A DNA stretch of 64,000 bases from Podarcis tiliguerta (Eukaryota): the NCBI GenBank assembly GCA_965153285.1, contig OZ229120.1, one strand, 5' to 3'. The notes under the pieces are model-generated. The model was not told the DNA's origin and made no database searches. It saw only the letters and a program-made list of their open reading frames with translations. The translations under genes were made by a program, and so were the position numbers. Below are positions 12,286-26,229 of the stretch, in pieces. The number at the start of each line of letters is the position of its first letter. The stretch's first letter is position 1.

Positions 12286-14531
12286 TCTGATTAGATGTAC
12301 TAGTTATGAGTTTTTGTATGCAAGAGGTAAGTTATCTGAGAGATGTTTTCTCTTTGATTAACTACCCATGTCTTCCACTGGACAGACCAATGAAAGACTC
12401 TAGTTTCCCATTTTACTGTATTTAAGGATTAATGGGACATGGTGTCATGCTTTGTCAATGGACAATTTTTCATATTAACATTTTCAAAGAAGAGAAAGTG
12501 TCCTGTGCTGAGGCTCTTTACCATTTTAAACAGGAATGTCCTTCAAAGTCTTTTCCAGTGATGCTTATAAATCAAAGTGAGAGAAATGGTACATACTGAA
12601 TTTAAAATTAATGCATTTTTAATATGCAAGTAGGCTTAACTTTTCTCTGCCTTAAGCCCATCAAGATCAAACTCAAGCAGGCGTTCACATCCACAATTGA
12701 AACTCACCAACCTTTTTCTTTAAGTTAACATTGGTCCAAACTCTCCCCACTGCTTTTGTCAATAGATCTTTTAAAGGCAGGCATTAAAGTGGAGTTTGCA
12801 TTAGTCTTTTTCTCCCAACAGCTTCAGGCCCAAGGGCTTCTTTTAATAGGCATTAGTAAGGGACCAGAATTGAGTAGACGTTTGTGAAGGAGACTTGAAG
12901 TTTGGAACAGAATTGTCCTTTATAGTTTTTCCATGGGGGGAAAATCTTCTTATGAGAATAAAGGCTTTAGACTAATCTCCTTCCATCTGGAAAATGGAGA
13001 AGCCAGAGGTTGTTGGCACCAGGTCACATCCCTTATGTAAACTGTCAAATTCTTTTCATATTAATGGCGTATTAGCTTAAACCCAATGAAGGTGGTTTTC
13101 ATTTATCAGTCTTATTTTGTGTTTCTTGCAAAATTGGATGATACTGACTGATGATATGTGTTTCGCGGTCCAGTTTGCAAAACAATTTCTCTTGTTTTAT
13201 AAATTTGTTGACTAGAAGTCACATTATCTTGGAGGTTTTCCCCCCCTTCTCTCCCCCCCCCCAACTGACTATTATAGCTAATTAACTTGAAAGGAAGCTT
13301 TAGACTGCTATTCCATGCAATGAAATGGTCTGTGACATATGTAATCTTGGCACTGCAAAGTCCTGGAAGTATGCCAGCATTAAAATATGGGAGATGTGAG
13401 GAAATTAGGCGACATAGAACTTTAAGCAATCCAATTGATTTAGTAGCATTCCACTCCACACACCCCCTTGCTAATTTTGTCTTGCTAGAAGTTGGTTGGG
13501 GAAGTAGGGAGTCAACATTTTCTTGTAACTGACCATATAAAGAGATAGTAATTGTTGATGTCCTGAGTTAGACCTTTTGATAGATAATGTAAGGTTCAGA
13601 TAGTACAAGGTATACTAAAGCTTACTTGGTCTTGTTCAAATGTGTGTTCTGCAACAACATTTAATGGTGATAGTGGTCAAATGTGCATGGAATACTTTGT
13701 AAGCATAGGGCTCAGTTGAACCTCTTTGGCTTCCTTTTTGCTCTCTTTCATTATTCATTCTTTAGTGAGAATAAACAATTGAGACTGCTGGCATTTTCAG
13801 CTTACATACTGCTCAGTAATCACTAGAAGCCGGTATAGCATATGCCTGTCTTTTTGCAGTCTTCTCCCCTTGCTTACAAAACTGTAGCAAGAATCCTAAG
13901 GCCAGAAGTTTGTTAGTTTTTGCCCACTCACTTCTTCTCTGCTTGTTCCTAGGTTGGATGGAAACCAGTATAGTTTTAGGGAGGTTTGTACAGCGTAAGC
14001 TTCACTGGTTTGTTTTGCCTCACTGTGACTAACAGGCGGAGAGTTTGCTCAGGAAACTGTGGGATGGTTTATCAGTCAATGAGAAGGAAGAATGAATGGT
14101 CCCGAAAGATGATCAAAGCTCCTGCCATCAGGTTAAGCGACACATATTTTTACACTGAGTTTTTGTCATCTTAGGGGCATTGCTGACTGGAACATATTAG
14201 CGGCAGTTTTCCTTAAGTAAGCGTTTCCAATTGATGATGGTGGGAATGTGCTTTCAAACAATCTCGCTGCTTGTGTTACACCAGATTTTCTGTTAGAGCG
14301 CTGAGATACTACGGCAGTGGTGATGAAAAGGGGGAAATGTAGTTGTGGGGCAGAAAGATGTTGTTATGCAGTATCAATGCAAGTTGTGAAACAGTAGGTT
14401 GCTCTCAAATTCTTTGGCAGCTGATGGCTAGCCTATGTAAATATGGATGTGAACTGGACTTAAAGTTGCCCTTGTCTTAATACCCCCTCCCAAGCAATGA
14501 TAGGCACTGTACCATTTGAACTTTTATTCTC

Positions 14532-14610
14532 CGATCCTAAACAAGTGTTCTTAGAAGGCAGTCCCTCTGATTTCAGTAGGTTTTAGTTTTGAGTATGTGT
14601 CCTTAGGATT
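14532..14610. mobile_element. Short palindromic MITE-like repeat
   Basis: ATCCTAA...TTAGGAT inverted ends ~75 bp apart. Related degraded copies at ~22755-22812, 27430-27490, 35277-35366 and 50515-50588. Confidence 0.5.
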
Positions 14611-14624
14611 TCACTTCTAGCATT

Positions 14625-14672
14625 TCATAGAATTATAGAATTGGCAAGGATCCCGAGGGTAATCAAGTCCAG
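14625..14672 (-). mobile_element. CR1-type 3' tail fragment
   Basis: TCATAGAATTATAGAATTGG...GAGGGTAATCAAGTCCA, the reverse complement of the CR1 terminal octamer-repeat tail. Confidence 0.7.
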
Positions 14673-16258
14673 AGTTCTGGAGGTGGAAAGTGTCAAAGAA
14701 GTACAGAGTTCTGTACATTGGAAAGCTCTGAGATCTCTGTGATGAGTGCTTTTTAAAAAAATAAAAATAAAATAGGAAATCCAGTTTCCTGCCTACTCAA
14801 CGTCAGTGCCAGAATACATTTTGCTGATTTTTATTAGACATTTTGTACTTAAGAAAAAAATTCATCTATATTAGCTGTAAGCAATACCGGAGTCAGGTGC
14901 TGTGTATGTTACAGAGAAACTGTGTTTCAAACTTGCTTACATCCCTTTATTTTTTTTTTAAACTTAGGTTTCAGGCTAAGAATACAAAATCCTATGTGAG
15001 AAACAGCTCTCTCACTGTGAATCTGGTTCCATTTCTCCACAGCCCTTGTGACTTAAACACACACAAAAATAGTTGGGTCAAAACTTGGGTCCCCTTTGTG
15101 CTTTGTTGGAAATCTCTAAATCTGTACTCTTGGATGAATGTTTTTGTCATTGTGGTTTTCTATTACCCCATGGGTTAGATACTGCACTTGTGTCGGAAAT
15201 TCAGTTTACTCTTGTGCATATGGTGAGTGCAGATATTTTGTTTCATATGCATGTTGTAAAAAGCCCCATTTTTTGTTGGCAAGAGTGGTTTCCATAGCAT
15301 TCAGCAAAATACAGTAGATGTGTCTGTTTCTGTCACATATGATGCTGTGAATGCTGAGTGCACAGGATTGATAGGATACCTGGGAGTTTGGACTTGGGTG
15401 AAGCAGCTTTTGATGAAGATTTGATGCAAACAGTGATTTGTGACCTGGTAGCTTTGATTCAGCTCGGGCTGTATCAGATGCTTGCGGAGCCAGAAACAAA
15501 GTGAGGAAGTTCAGAGTGGAAGCCAGCAGGGGGTGCCATTGCTAGTTAAAGCCAGGTATTGCATGAATATAATACCATGAAAGAACAAGAAACCTCTTAC
15601 AGTCAATTTGTACTCGCCTTCCCTTTTTTTGTTGGATCAAACAGCTGCCGGTGAAACATTTTCAGTTACGCTTTCCATCTCCAAAAGAAGCAGGTACAGC
15701 CCTATTGTTTAATAATCTGTGGCTGTGCAGCAGTCGGTGGAGAACGCAGCCCAAATGTGGCAACGCCAGTCAGTCATCTCTCTTTAAAATCCCTTTCAGT
15801 GCAGTTCTCTTTGTGACAGCCTCTCCCACAGAGGTTTCCCTTCTAGATGTTCCAGAGATGGGCAGAAAAGGGGAAAAAAATATTCTTCAGGGATCCAGAA
15901 CAAGTTACCAGATGGGAGTATATCCGTTACATTATGTAGCTGCAAAAGAATGTCAGATCTTTCATCTCTTGGGAATAAGGTAAACCTCTTACACTGTACG
16001 GGAGGAATGCTCTGAGTCCTCTCTCTATGCTTGAGCTCCACACTATCTCCCTGCGGATGTGAGGTTACGAAAGGTGTTAGCAATTTGATCAGGAAAGTTC
16101 CACTGAATGATTACTCAAGCTTATTTTTGTAGCCTGGGGGATACTGTCTGGTTTTTACGCTATTTGTTTAGGTAGCAGATAACTTGACCATTTTTATTTT
16201 TTTTTAACCATCAAAATGAACAGAGCCTTCTTTCATTCCATTTCTAGGAGACTATGCA

Positions 16259-16281
16259 CTCTTCTTCTTCTTCTTCTTCTT
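16259..16281. repeat. (CTT)n microsatellite
   Basis: Visible run; it produces the poly-Arg stretch in ORF 16233..16478. Confidence 0.9.
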
Positions 16282-17537
16282 CCTTTTGGTAAATGATGTG
16301 GGTGTGGGAGGGAATGTTTTACTCTACCAAGACAGCAAGTTATCAGCACAGTGAAAAGTTCACTGGTTATGTGATCAGAGCTTGAAATCACAGTGAGGAT
16401 TATCAGCAAGAGCCTTGGCTTGAAAGCTTGACCCAGTGAGTTCCAGTGCTCTTTGCCCCTTTGCTGGATTAAGAGCAAAGTGAAGGTTGGAGAATTTCAC
16501 ACTCTTGCAGATGTAAACAGAAGCAACTCTGCAGGCTGTAGGTTTTTTTTAATGGAACTTCATGCAGAACTCAACTTGCCATTACATGGCAGCAGCGTTT
16601 GGTAAGAGCTGCTGCTGCTTTCTTAATTTCTCCTCCTTGGGTGATTACAGAGGTCCAAGAAGGAAATTTGTGGAGAGCTGCATACAGATAGAGAAGAGAA
16701 TTTATTGAATTATTCCTCACACACATCTGTGGAACACTTACACAGACTCTTAATTGTAGACATATGGTTTGTCAATAGCTTGCTGTTGAAAAAAAATAGT
16801 TTGCCACTGTTTATTATGTTTGGATTAATATGTTTATTACACATACTTTTGTGAATTCTGCTTATGCAATAGACACAAAACAGAGCTTAACCTCAAAAGA
16901 GTTCCTCATTTTCCTATTCCTGTTGAATTAAATTATTGCATTTGTACTATTTTAATACTGCTTTTAATGTACTGATAAAATGCATAAATTTGGAAAGCCT
17001 CATTATTTTAATATCGCCTTGAGTCAAGGAAAAAGGAAGCTGTCTTAATACCAGGTCAGGCCAGTGGCTCAACTTTCTCAGTACTGTTGACGCTGATTGG
17101 CAATAGACTTTTCTAGTCATACCTGGAGAAACCAGGGTTAAACCTGGGATCTTTTTGCATGCCACTATTTTCATTTCCCTATTTGAGCACAGACAAGGGA
17201 TGACTTTTAATGGATCAGAAACAAGTAAATGTTTCCTTGTAATACAGCCAACAAAAGAAACCACAAGCCCTGATTTCTATGCAACGCTAAACCTTGGGGC
17301 TTGGTTTTCTTTCTTCCGCATGCTAGTGGGGAAGAGCAAAGTGTGCAAGTTGGCCCATTCAAATTATACTACTAACTTGCTTACTGTGACAGCCATAGTG
17401 AATTGCCAGCCTTTTAAGGAAGTGAAAAGCATACAGCATCTCTGTAAACTGAGAGGTCAGCTTATTGCAAGAAGTACGTTTTGCAGCCCTGTTTTGTGCC
17501 CATTTTAAACATCACAGTTTATCAGCCTTATGACATA

Positions 17538-17766
17538 CAGTGGTACCTCGGACTACAGATGCTTCAGGTTACAGACTCCGCTAACCCAGAAGTAGTACCT
17601 CGGGTTAAGAACTTTGCTTCAGGATGAGAACAGAAATCGCACGGTGGTGGCGCAGCGGCAGCAGCAGGAGGCCGCATTAGCTAAAGTGGTACCTTAGGTT
17701 AAGAACAGTTTCAGGTTAAGAAAGGACCTCCAGAACGAATTAAGTTCTTAACCCAATGTACCACTG
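17538..17766 (+). mobile_element. Tc1/mariner-pogo (Tigger-like) MITE
   Basis: TA|CAGTGGTACCTC...GTACCACTG|TA: inverted termini with TA duplication and internal GGTTAAGAAC subrepeats. Homolog at 63728-63963 in the opposite orientation. Confidence 0.92.
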
Positions 17767-18115
17767 TATTCAGTCCAACGTTCAGATCAATATATTTTAT
17801 TTGAAATAAAATTTAATTGTAAAAGCCATTGATCATGCTTATTATTAAAACTTTAACAGCTGAGAACAATTTGTAAAATAAAAATAAAAATGACTAAATC
17901 TGTAGATTTAATAAAATAACCCATTTCCGTACCATTCATCTGCCTTAAAAAGATAATTATACTAATACAGTTTTGCTACTGCAGCAGCAGCAAAAGTAGA
18001 TAACTTTGGTATTACAGACCATCAGCAAGTAAATACTCTTTCTGTTGGTAGAATTCTAGAATCTATTGTTTTACAGTTTGGGCTAAGTCCTTTATTCTCA
18101 TTCTTTTGTATATAA

Positions 18116-18240
18116 CAGCTCTGGGGAACCTGTGACTGTCCAGGTGTTAAAATAAAATCCCCATTATTCCTGAGCACTGGTTTTGCTGCCTAGAACTGAA
18201 GTCTAGCAGGATATTGAGAGCCACAGATCACCTATCCCTA
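18116..18240. mobile_element. Degenerate palindromic hAT-type MITE
   Basis: GGGGAACCTGTG...CCAGGTGTT...CCACAGATCACCTATCCCT; same layout as 28335-28460 and 47800-47933. Confidence 0.55.
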
Positions 18241-20319
18241 GTATATAGGATACCTGTTTAAAGAGCACTTTCTTCAGGGCCCAGCTTGTGCAGATTCAAA
18301 ACCTACAGGATGTGCAACATTTTTGCTAGGGCAGTAACTGAAATAAAAAAATTTGGAGAGAAGATTAGGGATAATCTTGGACTTTCTGTGATCTTGGTTT
18401 ATTGGGGGCAAACAAGTTCATTACAGAACTGCTCACAACTGTTTATTCATAGCCACAGATTATATATACTGACGCATAATAATTCAGTTAATATTTTTAA
18501 TGCATATATAAGAGTAATTAAAGCAAGGAAGGAACTATAATAAGTAATATTATTTTTTAAAACTTTCCCCCTTTAATATTGCTTTGTCAGTAGTCTGCCT
18601 CGCTTATTGCAAGTAATGCAAGTTATTATATATTCTTCAGTGATATTTTTAGGGGAAATTAAAAAAATAACAAACCAGCTCACGTCAAAGTGTCTTACTC
18701 TGCATATTGCAACAGTGGGGAAGCAGGTTGCCTGACCTCCGTCAGGGTGGGATGGCATTGCCTCACACAGTAAAATCGATGAAAGTTGGTAGATCACAGT
18801 GAATCCAAATAACTTGGGCCATTGTTGCATCTGGGATCGTCCCATGACATGTTCCGCAACAGCATCCTAGGCCTATGAAAGACTTTCAGAAGACAATTGT
18901 TAAGGGGTATGCTTATTTGCCTAGGTCTGGCCAATTTAATAAGTAAGCCTTGCCCATTTTGTGTGCTGTGGACATGACATGTTGAGCTCTTCAGTGGAGT
19001 AAAAGTTTCTCTGTACATCCACATTTAAGGTTTGATGGTTCTGCTGTATGTTTTTAAAATAGTTCCACGTGATAATGCAGCTAGTTATCTATGTGTTTTG
19101 GTAATAATGATTAAAAAATAAAGTAGGTGCCTTTTTTTAGTAATAGCATTAAAAAAAAATAGGTCCCTCTTTTTTATTTCTTGTGTTTCGTGATTTTTCC
19201 CATAAGCTAGAAATCGCTCTGAAAACCCCCTGTTCTCCTTTAGATCTAAATGTCTCTAGCATAAATTGCTTGTAGATGGAGTTGAAACCAGTCTATTTCC
19301 ATTGTCTGAATAGAAATAGGCACATGAATGCCACAAATTAATCAAATCCACAGCAAGAATAGAAAGCTCGCACCCACTTACACGTCTCTGAAAGCAGCTT
19401 TGAATTTGAAGGAAAGAACCTATCAAACGTACTTGAAAAATGGTGAGTTTATGAAGGCAAGTGAATTGAACGGCTTGACTGGACCGGTATGCCACCATGT
19501 GTCTGGGAATGGAAGGATAGCTGTGTGGGTAGAAGACAAACAGTCTGTGAGATTTTCTCCTGAATGATCTCATTTAATTGATTGATTTCTACTAAGGTCA
19601 TAAATGAGCTCCTTGCTGAGTCAGGGTTGGAGGTCAAAGTGTCGTGCCAGCTGCCTAGCCAGCCAGAAAACAATAGCAGCTTCCTTCTGTATATAAAAAA
19701 GAAGCATTCCAGTGCAATGTTTTATTAGACTTCAGCGTAACCTTTCTTTTTACATGCCTCGGGATTCTCTTCAATAGAAATTATACAGTGTCACTTATAA
19801 TTAACCTCTCCCTATCCATTTGCACATGAGAGTTTCTAAAAATTGTCTGTGAATATTTCACAGCAATCACTTCCAGCATTTCTTTCCCTCTTTATCTTTT
19901 GCTAGTGCATCACTCCTCATTTATTCTTGGAGCTCTGAAAGAAACAAGATGTGTAATAGCCAAAGCACAAGCAAGAAAGACATAGCATTCCTCTCTGCTG
20001 CATTGTTTTGCTTGAAGTGTTGATGGTGGTTAACATACATGAACTATTTCAAACTTTCAGCCCAGCTCATGGCTTTAGGAGATTTGAGCATGCAGTTTGC
20101 ATATGAAGCAAAAGCAGGATATGTAATCAAATAAGACAGGACATATGTGAAATTTCTGTCTCTCAGTGGCCCAAATGACTATTTTTAAATGGATGGACAA
20201 GCCTGTTTACTTGGAGGCTATAATAAATGAAACTCGAGATCAGATTCTGGGGGAGAGGAAATGGAAGTTCGATTTAGGATACAATCCCATTCTTTACAGT
20301 GAAGAAAACCCTTGTGTGG

Positions 20320-20585
20320 TGTTCTGGTCATCTGAGGTGAGGTTGAAGGCTACGAGAGCAGCTTTGGGGTGGGACCACAGTTCTAGAACGCTCTTTCCAA
20401 TGTGGTTTGTCTGACGCCTACTTTATTGTGCTTTCGGTGCCAATGAAAACATTTTTATTTTCCAGAGCTTTTTAGATGCAACGTTAATGTTGCTTTTCTT
20501 ATTTTGTGGCATTTTTTTGGTATTATGTATTATGTTGTTTTTGTAAACTGTCCTGGAACCATGATATAAAAGTATTTAGAATAAA
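20320..20585 (+). mobile_element. Old L2 LINE 3' end fragment
   Basis: Decayed L2-like ORF2 end (GAGGTGAGGTTG...AAAACATTTTTATTTTCCAGAGCTTTT), a T-rich 3' UTR and an AATAAA-type tail. Confidence 0.55.
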
Positions 20586-22332
20586 TTAATAGATAGCATC
20601 CTGCTTACTGACCTGTTACAATTATATCCTATGCAGACTTTGCAACTATGTCTTGGGGCTGCTGATACACTGCTATTGGCCTCAAAATCTGCTGGAACAG
20701 CTTTGCCTTCTAACCTCAAGCTCCAAGTCATGTCAAAGGTCATATTGCAACAAACCCAAGAGGGTAAACCACAAAGCAAGGAGTGTACAGTTTCTCAAAG
20801 ACGTGACCTTCTTCTGTTTGGGCTCCTGGAGACTCTGATATAATGATGGAGCTTAACAGCTTGTAAAAGCACAAACAGCTTGGGGTTAGCTATGTTAAAC
20901 AAATGGCTGGCTCACATTACTTTGTCCCGATCATATTTATAACTTGATATCCAAGAGAGAACTGGGGTGGAGAGTGTTGGGGAAGGGTTCATGAACATAT
21001 AAGAGCTTCTGCAGGAACAGTTAGAAGATCATTACTCTTGAAATGTTTAGAATAAAGTCTAGTTATTGTGACTGAACAGATTCATAGGGGCATGGAAAAC
21101 TAATGTGTCAGAATAAAAAAGCAACTCCAAATGGACCTACTGATCCCCTGAAAATTGTTAACTTTGTTAATTCAACCCTTAATAGAAGCTTACATGGTGT
21201 TAAAAGCACATACCTCAACTTACTAGCTTTTTGTATGCAGAAAGCTCTTTGGATTTTTAAAAAATCCCTTGACTTATGAGGAAGATCCTTGTCCTAGATC
21301 TTTTCATTTTGTATCCACAGCTTCCACATATGGGGAGGGTTAATTTATTTGCTTGTCACCTGCTACCAGAACCCTAATAACTATCTTCTGATGTGTCTAT
21401 AGATTAGTCAGTGTTCCTAAATGGGACCAGATCTCACTCATTCATTAATGTTTACTCCACTTCATTTGCTACAACTTCCAATGAATAGGTGTGGTCTTGG
21501 TTTGAACCCATGGAGGAAATTAGTAATTTTAAATGAGCAGAAATATTGTGTTAAAAGCCTTCCGTTTCTAATATAAGTGATAATGTTTGAATAAGTTTCT
21601 TTATAAAATAGCTTCAGACCTAGAATTTATAGATAGGTTTCCGTATCAGCATTTATACTGTTGTTGTTTTTTAAGAAAAACTTTGGTGTGTTTCTGTGGT
21701 GTTAGTTGTTTTCTAATTCTTTCAAGAAGTTGCTTTTTCTCTTTTTAGCTGAATTATTTGGAAGGTGGGAGGTTGTGTGGGAGAGCTTGGTGGTGACTAA
21801 GGGTCACGTATGGTGATGCATGTTTTTCGTTGTGTGAGCTAAATTATTTCTGAGTATACTTCTGTTGCAAAAAGGCAATGTGTTGAGAGACTTCTGGAAC
21901 ATGTATCCAAAGGAAATACAGTCAGTCTTCATTTTGAAAAATAACAATGATAGATCATGTTTGAGATTGTGTGAGAGAGATTGCCAACGTTTATGATGAT
22001 ATTTTGTTTTTACAGACATTTGGCATACTGTATCTCCTGTTCTTTATGTGGGAACAAAACATGAAACCTTGACCCCTCTCTGTCCTGCCTTAGTTCCACC
22101 TATAAAATGCTTATATGGCAAAGTCCTTTTGAAATCTTATTTCTCAGTACAAAATAATAGTTGGAAATAGAGCAGGCACATATTGATGCCTTAGATCAAC
22201 ATGATAACTTCTAGTGGTCATCTTCTAATAGTTTCATTGTCTGAATTTACCAAGATTTATTAGGTAATAAGTTTGTAATAAAATACAATCATGGTACTTG
22301 TGCCTGTTAATTGCTTTTGCATAGTATTAGAA

Positions 22333-22578
22333 CAGGGCTCAGCAAACTTTTTCAGCAGGGGGCCGCTTCACTGTCCCCTTGTGGGGGCTGGACTACATTT
22401 TGAAAAAAATAAAAATGAACGAATTCCTCTGCCCCACAAATAACCCAGAGATGCATTTTAAATAAAAGCATACATTCTACTCATGTAAAAACACACTGAT
22501 TCCCGGACTGTCTGCGGGCCAGATTTAGAAGGCGATTGGGCCAGATCTGGCCCCTGGGCCTTAGTTTGCCTACCCATG
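22333..22578 (-). mobile_element. Non-autonomous hAT-type DNA transposon (family of 9166-9415)
   Basis: CAGGGCTCAGCAAAC...GTTTGCCTACCCATG with a perfect 8-bp TSD TATTAGAA at 22325-22332 and 22579-22586. Confidence 0.93.
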
Positions 22579-24019
22579 TATTAGAATAACATATTAATAC
22601 ACGCACACAAACTGCACTTACAACAGGGATAGTGTAAGTGTTTAGACATACTCGTTTCACATACAAAAGATCTTTGTGCTCCACATTAATCTTTTGGATT
22701 AGAGCTACTGCTTTATTCAAAGGTGCATACTGAAATTAAGTCTTCTTGATTGACTGGGCAATCCTATACACCAACTCATGTACACATGTCTACTTAGAAG
22801 TAAGTCTCACTGAATGGTATGAGGCTTGCACCACAAGGACCTGAATTCTAGTCTGCGTGAAACACATTTTCCTGAATGCAAAGATTTGGTAACTGAGTTG
22901 CACTGAGCCATGCCCATTATTTTCTTTGTGCTGCAAAGCTGAAGAGTGCCGAACAGCTGCTTGTGGCTGTCAATGCAGTAAAGAAACTGTTTAGCAGTTA
23001 AACAGCAGGTTAGCACTTTAGCAGGAGAAGTGGTGGCTGGCTACTCATCCAACACTTGGCGTATCTGACAGATCCAAGTGTGTCTTAAGCCTAACTAATA
23101 GATGATGCTTGACATAGCAGCTTTATAAATAATTACTGGACTGTGGAAGACACACCCTTTATCTGAATACATTACAAGAGGTAGTAATTTATTATGAATA
23201 TATTGTCTGGATAGATTAGCAGTGCGTAAATTTGTAAAACTGTAATACTTTAAAAATATTTCTTTTTTTTTTTAAAAAAAAGACTTTAAAAACAGCTCTG
23301 CATTTTTCTCAGCTGGTGATCAGTTAAAATAGCCATTACACTTGGCTGGAAATCTGGAGAACAGATTAAGCTGTTACTACAATATATAGGTTTTCCTTTT
23401 GTAACAAGTTGCTAAACACAAGTTATGACCAGTTTCCATTAAAAATTCAGTGCTTCGTCCAAAAAAGGATAAAAAGTATATAAAATGCAAAAAACACCTT
23501 TTTTTGAAACTCAACTTGATCAAAAACATCACATTAATATTGCAAGATTAATTTTATTTGCAGAAACACACATTATTGCTACTTACCATGTTAACCTATA
23601 GTGAAAGCAGCTGAAAACTAATGGCAGACGATTCTCTGCTTCAGGGGCTGTACAGTATTTTTCATATGACATCCAACTGGATGATGAGAAAGAGAATAGC
23701 TGTCCTAAGGCTTTATCAAGGAAATGTAATGGCGCTGCCTGTTTGACAAGCAAATCATCTTGAAATTTCCAGTCAGCTATGAACCAGTGTCGACTAATAA
23801 GCCAATGGTATGCTAAGCTTTATAATTAATATGTTTTAGTTTAACCAACTTGAGGCAATGCAGGAGACCTCAGTTTATATTGTCATTTCTGCCCCTTAGA
23901 TTTGTAATGCTTTTAAAAACGTTGTCCTTATTTCTGAATCATTTAGTTCCTTACCAGTAACAAATCTGCCAGTTTAACCATTGCTGCCTTTTCAAATATG
24001 CCTGTGCTGTAAGATTAGA

Positions 24020-24152
24020 GATTGCAAACCTGTGATCTGCCAGAGGTTGTTGCACTCAAGTTCCTATGAGCTGCAGCGAGAATGGCCACTGGTCAAGGAT
24101 GGGGGGAGGTTGGGTCTGACCACATCTGGAGGTTCACAGGTTAGTCACCTTT
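24020..24152. mobile_element. Degenerate palindromic hAT-type MITE
   Basis: AACCTGTG...CCAGAGGTTG...ACATCTGG...CACAGGTT inverted arms. Confidence 0.6.
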
Positions 24153-24979
24153 GATGTGGATTGAGACTACTTACATTAAAACCCTATTTGAACAATGTCG
24201 TGCTTATTCGCATCACACAGACCTTGAACATCAATTGCAGAAAATTGCTGTTACAGAAGTCAGCTGCTTGGCTCTCTCTCTGCTGAACAGTAACAAGAGC
24301 CCATGGTGGTCATAGGTACCCACACTGGGTCTGTGCTCCTTTGAGAATTGAAGGCATAGCGGAGACTGTAATTGCTTTAAGAAATATGGTTTATTCCCCT
24401 ATTCACACCTTCTGCTTATATGGAGGGAGTCTAGATCTTACAGCATGGTCCTTTCAAGAGGGGTTTGTACCCCACATCAGTGTAGCCCTGGCTCTGGAGG
24501 CATCTCTGCAGCCAGCCTGCCCTAGATGGATCTTAGCTGCTCTTCTTACTCCTCCTTCCTCCCAGGCACTCTTGCTCACAGAACAGTTAGCCTGGCAACC
24601 TTCCAAACCCCCAGTCTCTGTTCACACCTTGAGGCAAGGGGGAAGGAGTTCTGTTGTATTGTTAATATCCCTCAATTGCTCTCTCTTGTTCCTTTGTAGT
24701 TCAGCCACAGGAATTCCAATGCAGCTTGCATTGTCATGTCACAAATAATCAAAATCCTTGCATTTATTAATTTCTAAGGTTCAGGGGGATTCTCCCCCTT
24801 AAATCTATAACAGTACTATTCACCAGTAGGCTTTTAATGGCTACAGCATATCTGGTAGCCATTGCAGGAATACTGTAAAATGTTTGTGGCAGTAACTGTT
24901 CTGTGACCACAACTTACACAATTTGCTCAGTATGGCAAACCTTGACCATGGCTTGAGCTTAGTGTGGAGAATGCTTAAC

Positions 24980-25158
24980 CACAAGTCTCAGTTTGGCTGA
25001 CATGCTAAGCCAAGGCTTGTCTTGGCTTAGGTTAGTGTGGCATGGGACTAGAAAGGACCAAGGAAGAACAATTCAGTTGCAAGCTCCCTTCTGGGAACTC
25101 ACATGTTTTCACAATCTTGCCTAAGACAAGGTTTGGCTTAGCATGTTGTTGTGAACCA
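24980..25158. mobile_element. MITE-like inverted-repeat element
   Basis: ACATGCTAAGCCAA (~24999) is inverted to TTGGCTTAGCATGT (~25133). Confidence 0.6.
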
Positions 25159-26229
25159 TCTCTTTGTGTGAAAAGCCTTTTCAGCTGTTGCTGCGAGGTA
25201 GAGGAAGATATTTTTTTCATGAGAGTACCATGTGGTAAGCTGCTTACATGCATGGCATTTTTTTTATTCTACAGTTCCCTGCCTACTTCTACTGTATATG
25301 AAGTGGAGCTGAACTTCAAATACTGTTTTGGCTATATTTGGATTTTGGATGTGTACCATAAAATCACTGTGTGCCAGTTTTGCATGTGAATCCTAAATGT
25401 GTAGGCAAGCAGAGTTGTTACATTATTGGGTTAGTTTTTTCATTATATGCCAAGAAACCAGAATCATTTGTTTATGCTAGAACTTGTACATTAGGAGTAA
25501 AGAAAGGGAAGTATATGTATCTTACCCTTTTCTTCTCTTCTCTTTGGCTGCCAGCCCCTAGTGTGGAATCAGGCACTAGATAGGAAAGGAATAGAAGTGG
25601 GTGCTAATAGCAGTTTTAAGTGCTCTCCATAGCATGAAAAGTGTTATCAAATCTATAGTTGCAGCAGGCAGCATAGCCAAATGAAAAGATTTTGCATAAT
25701 TGCTTTGAAAGGCTGTATGGTTGACTGGATGAGATTTGCTTTAGTCATATTAGAAAGCTGAATTCTATTTTCAATTCTGCCTGAAACGATATGGAGTTAT
25801 TTTTTCATTATTGGTGTGTGTGTGTGTGTGTGTTCTTGCAGAAACAATGTAAAAGTCCTTGTTTGATAAGCAGTGCTTTGTGCAAGAAATGGAACTAGGG
25901 TTATTGACTCTTAGCCTGGTGACTTAATGGAAGTAAAAAATGCAAACCCTCCTTCTCCTCCTTCTATTCTAATTCTTTCCTTTCTTTTTAATTTCAGATT
26001 GATAGTCCCTGCTTAAATAACTTTGCAAGTTAAAAAGTGCTTTAAAGAATTGGGCTGCTTGGTGAAGGGAAAGTGGTTCCGATTTAAATAAACTGGACTT
26101 AGGTTTATTTATTTATTACAATTCTATACAGGTCTTCTTCTGAAGATCACAGGGAGGTTTAGAAAAAGCGGGAGTAAGGTCTGATTGAGGAAAAAGTGTC
26201 GGGGGAACAGGTGTGTCCACCCCATATTT

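Noticed and set aside
14231-14304. TGATGA...CTGA, a possible C/D box snoRNA
   Set aside because: No terminal stem, imperfect box C context and no recognisable rRNA antisense element.
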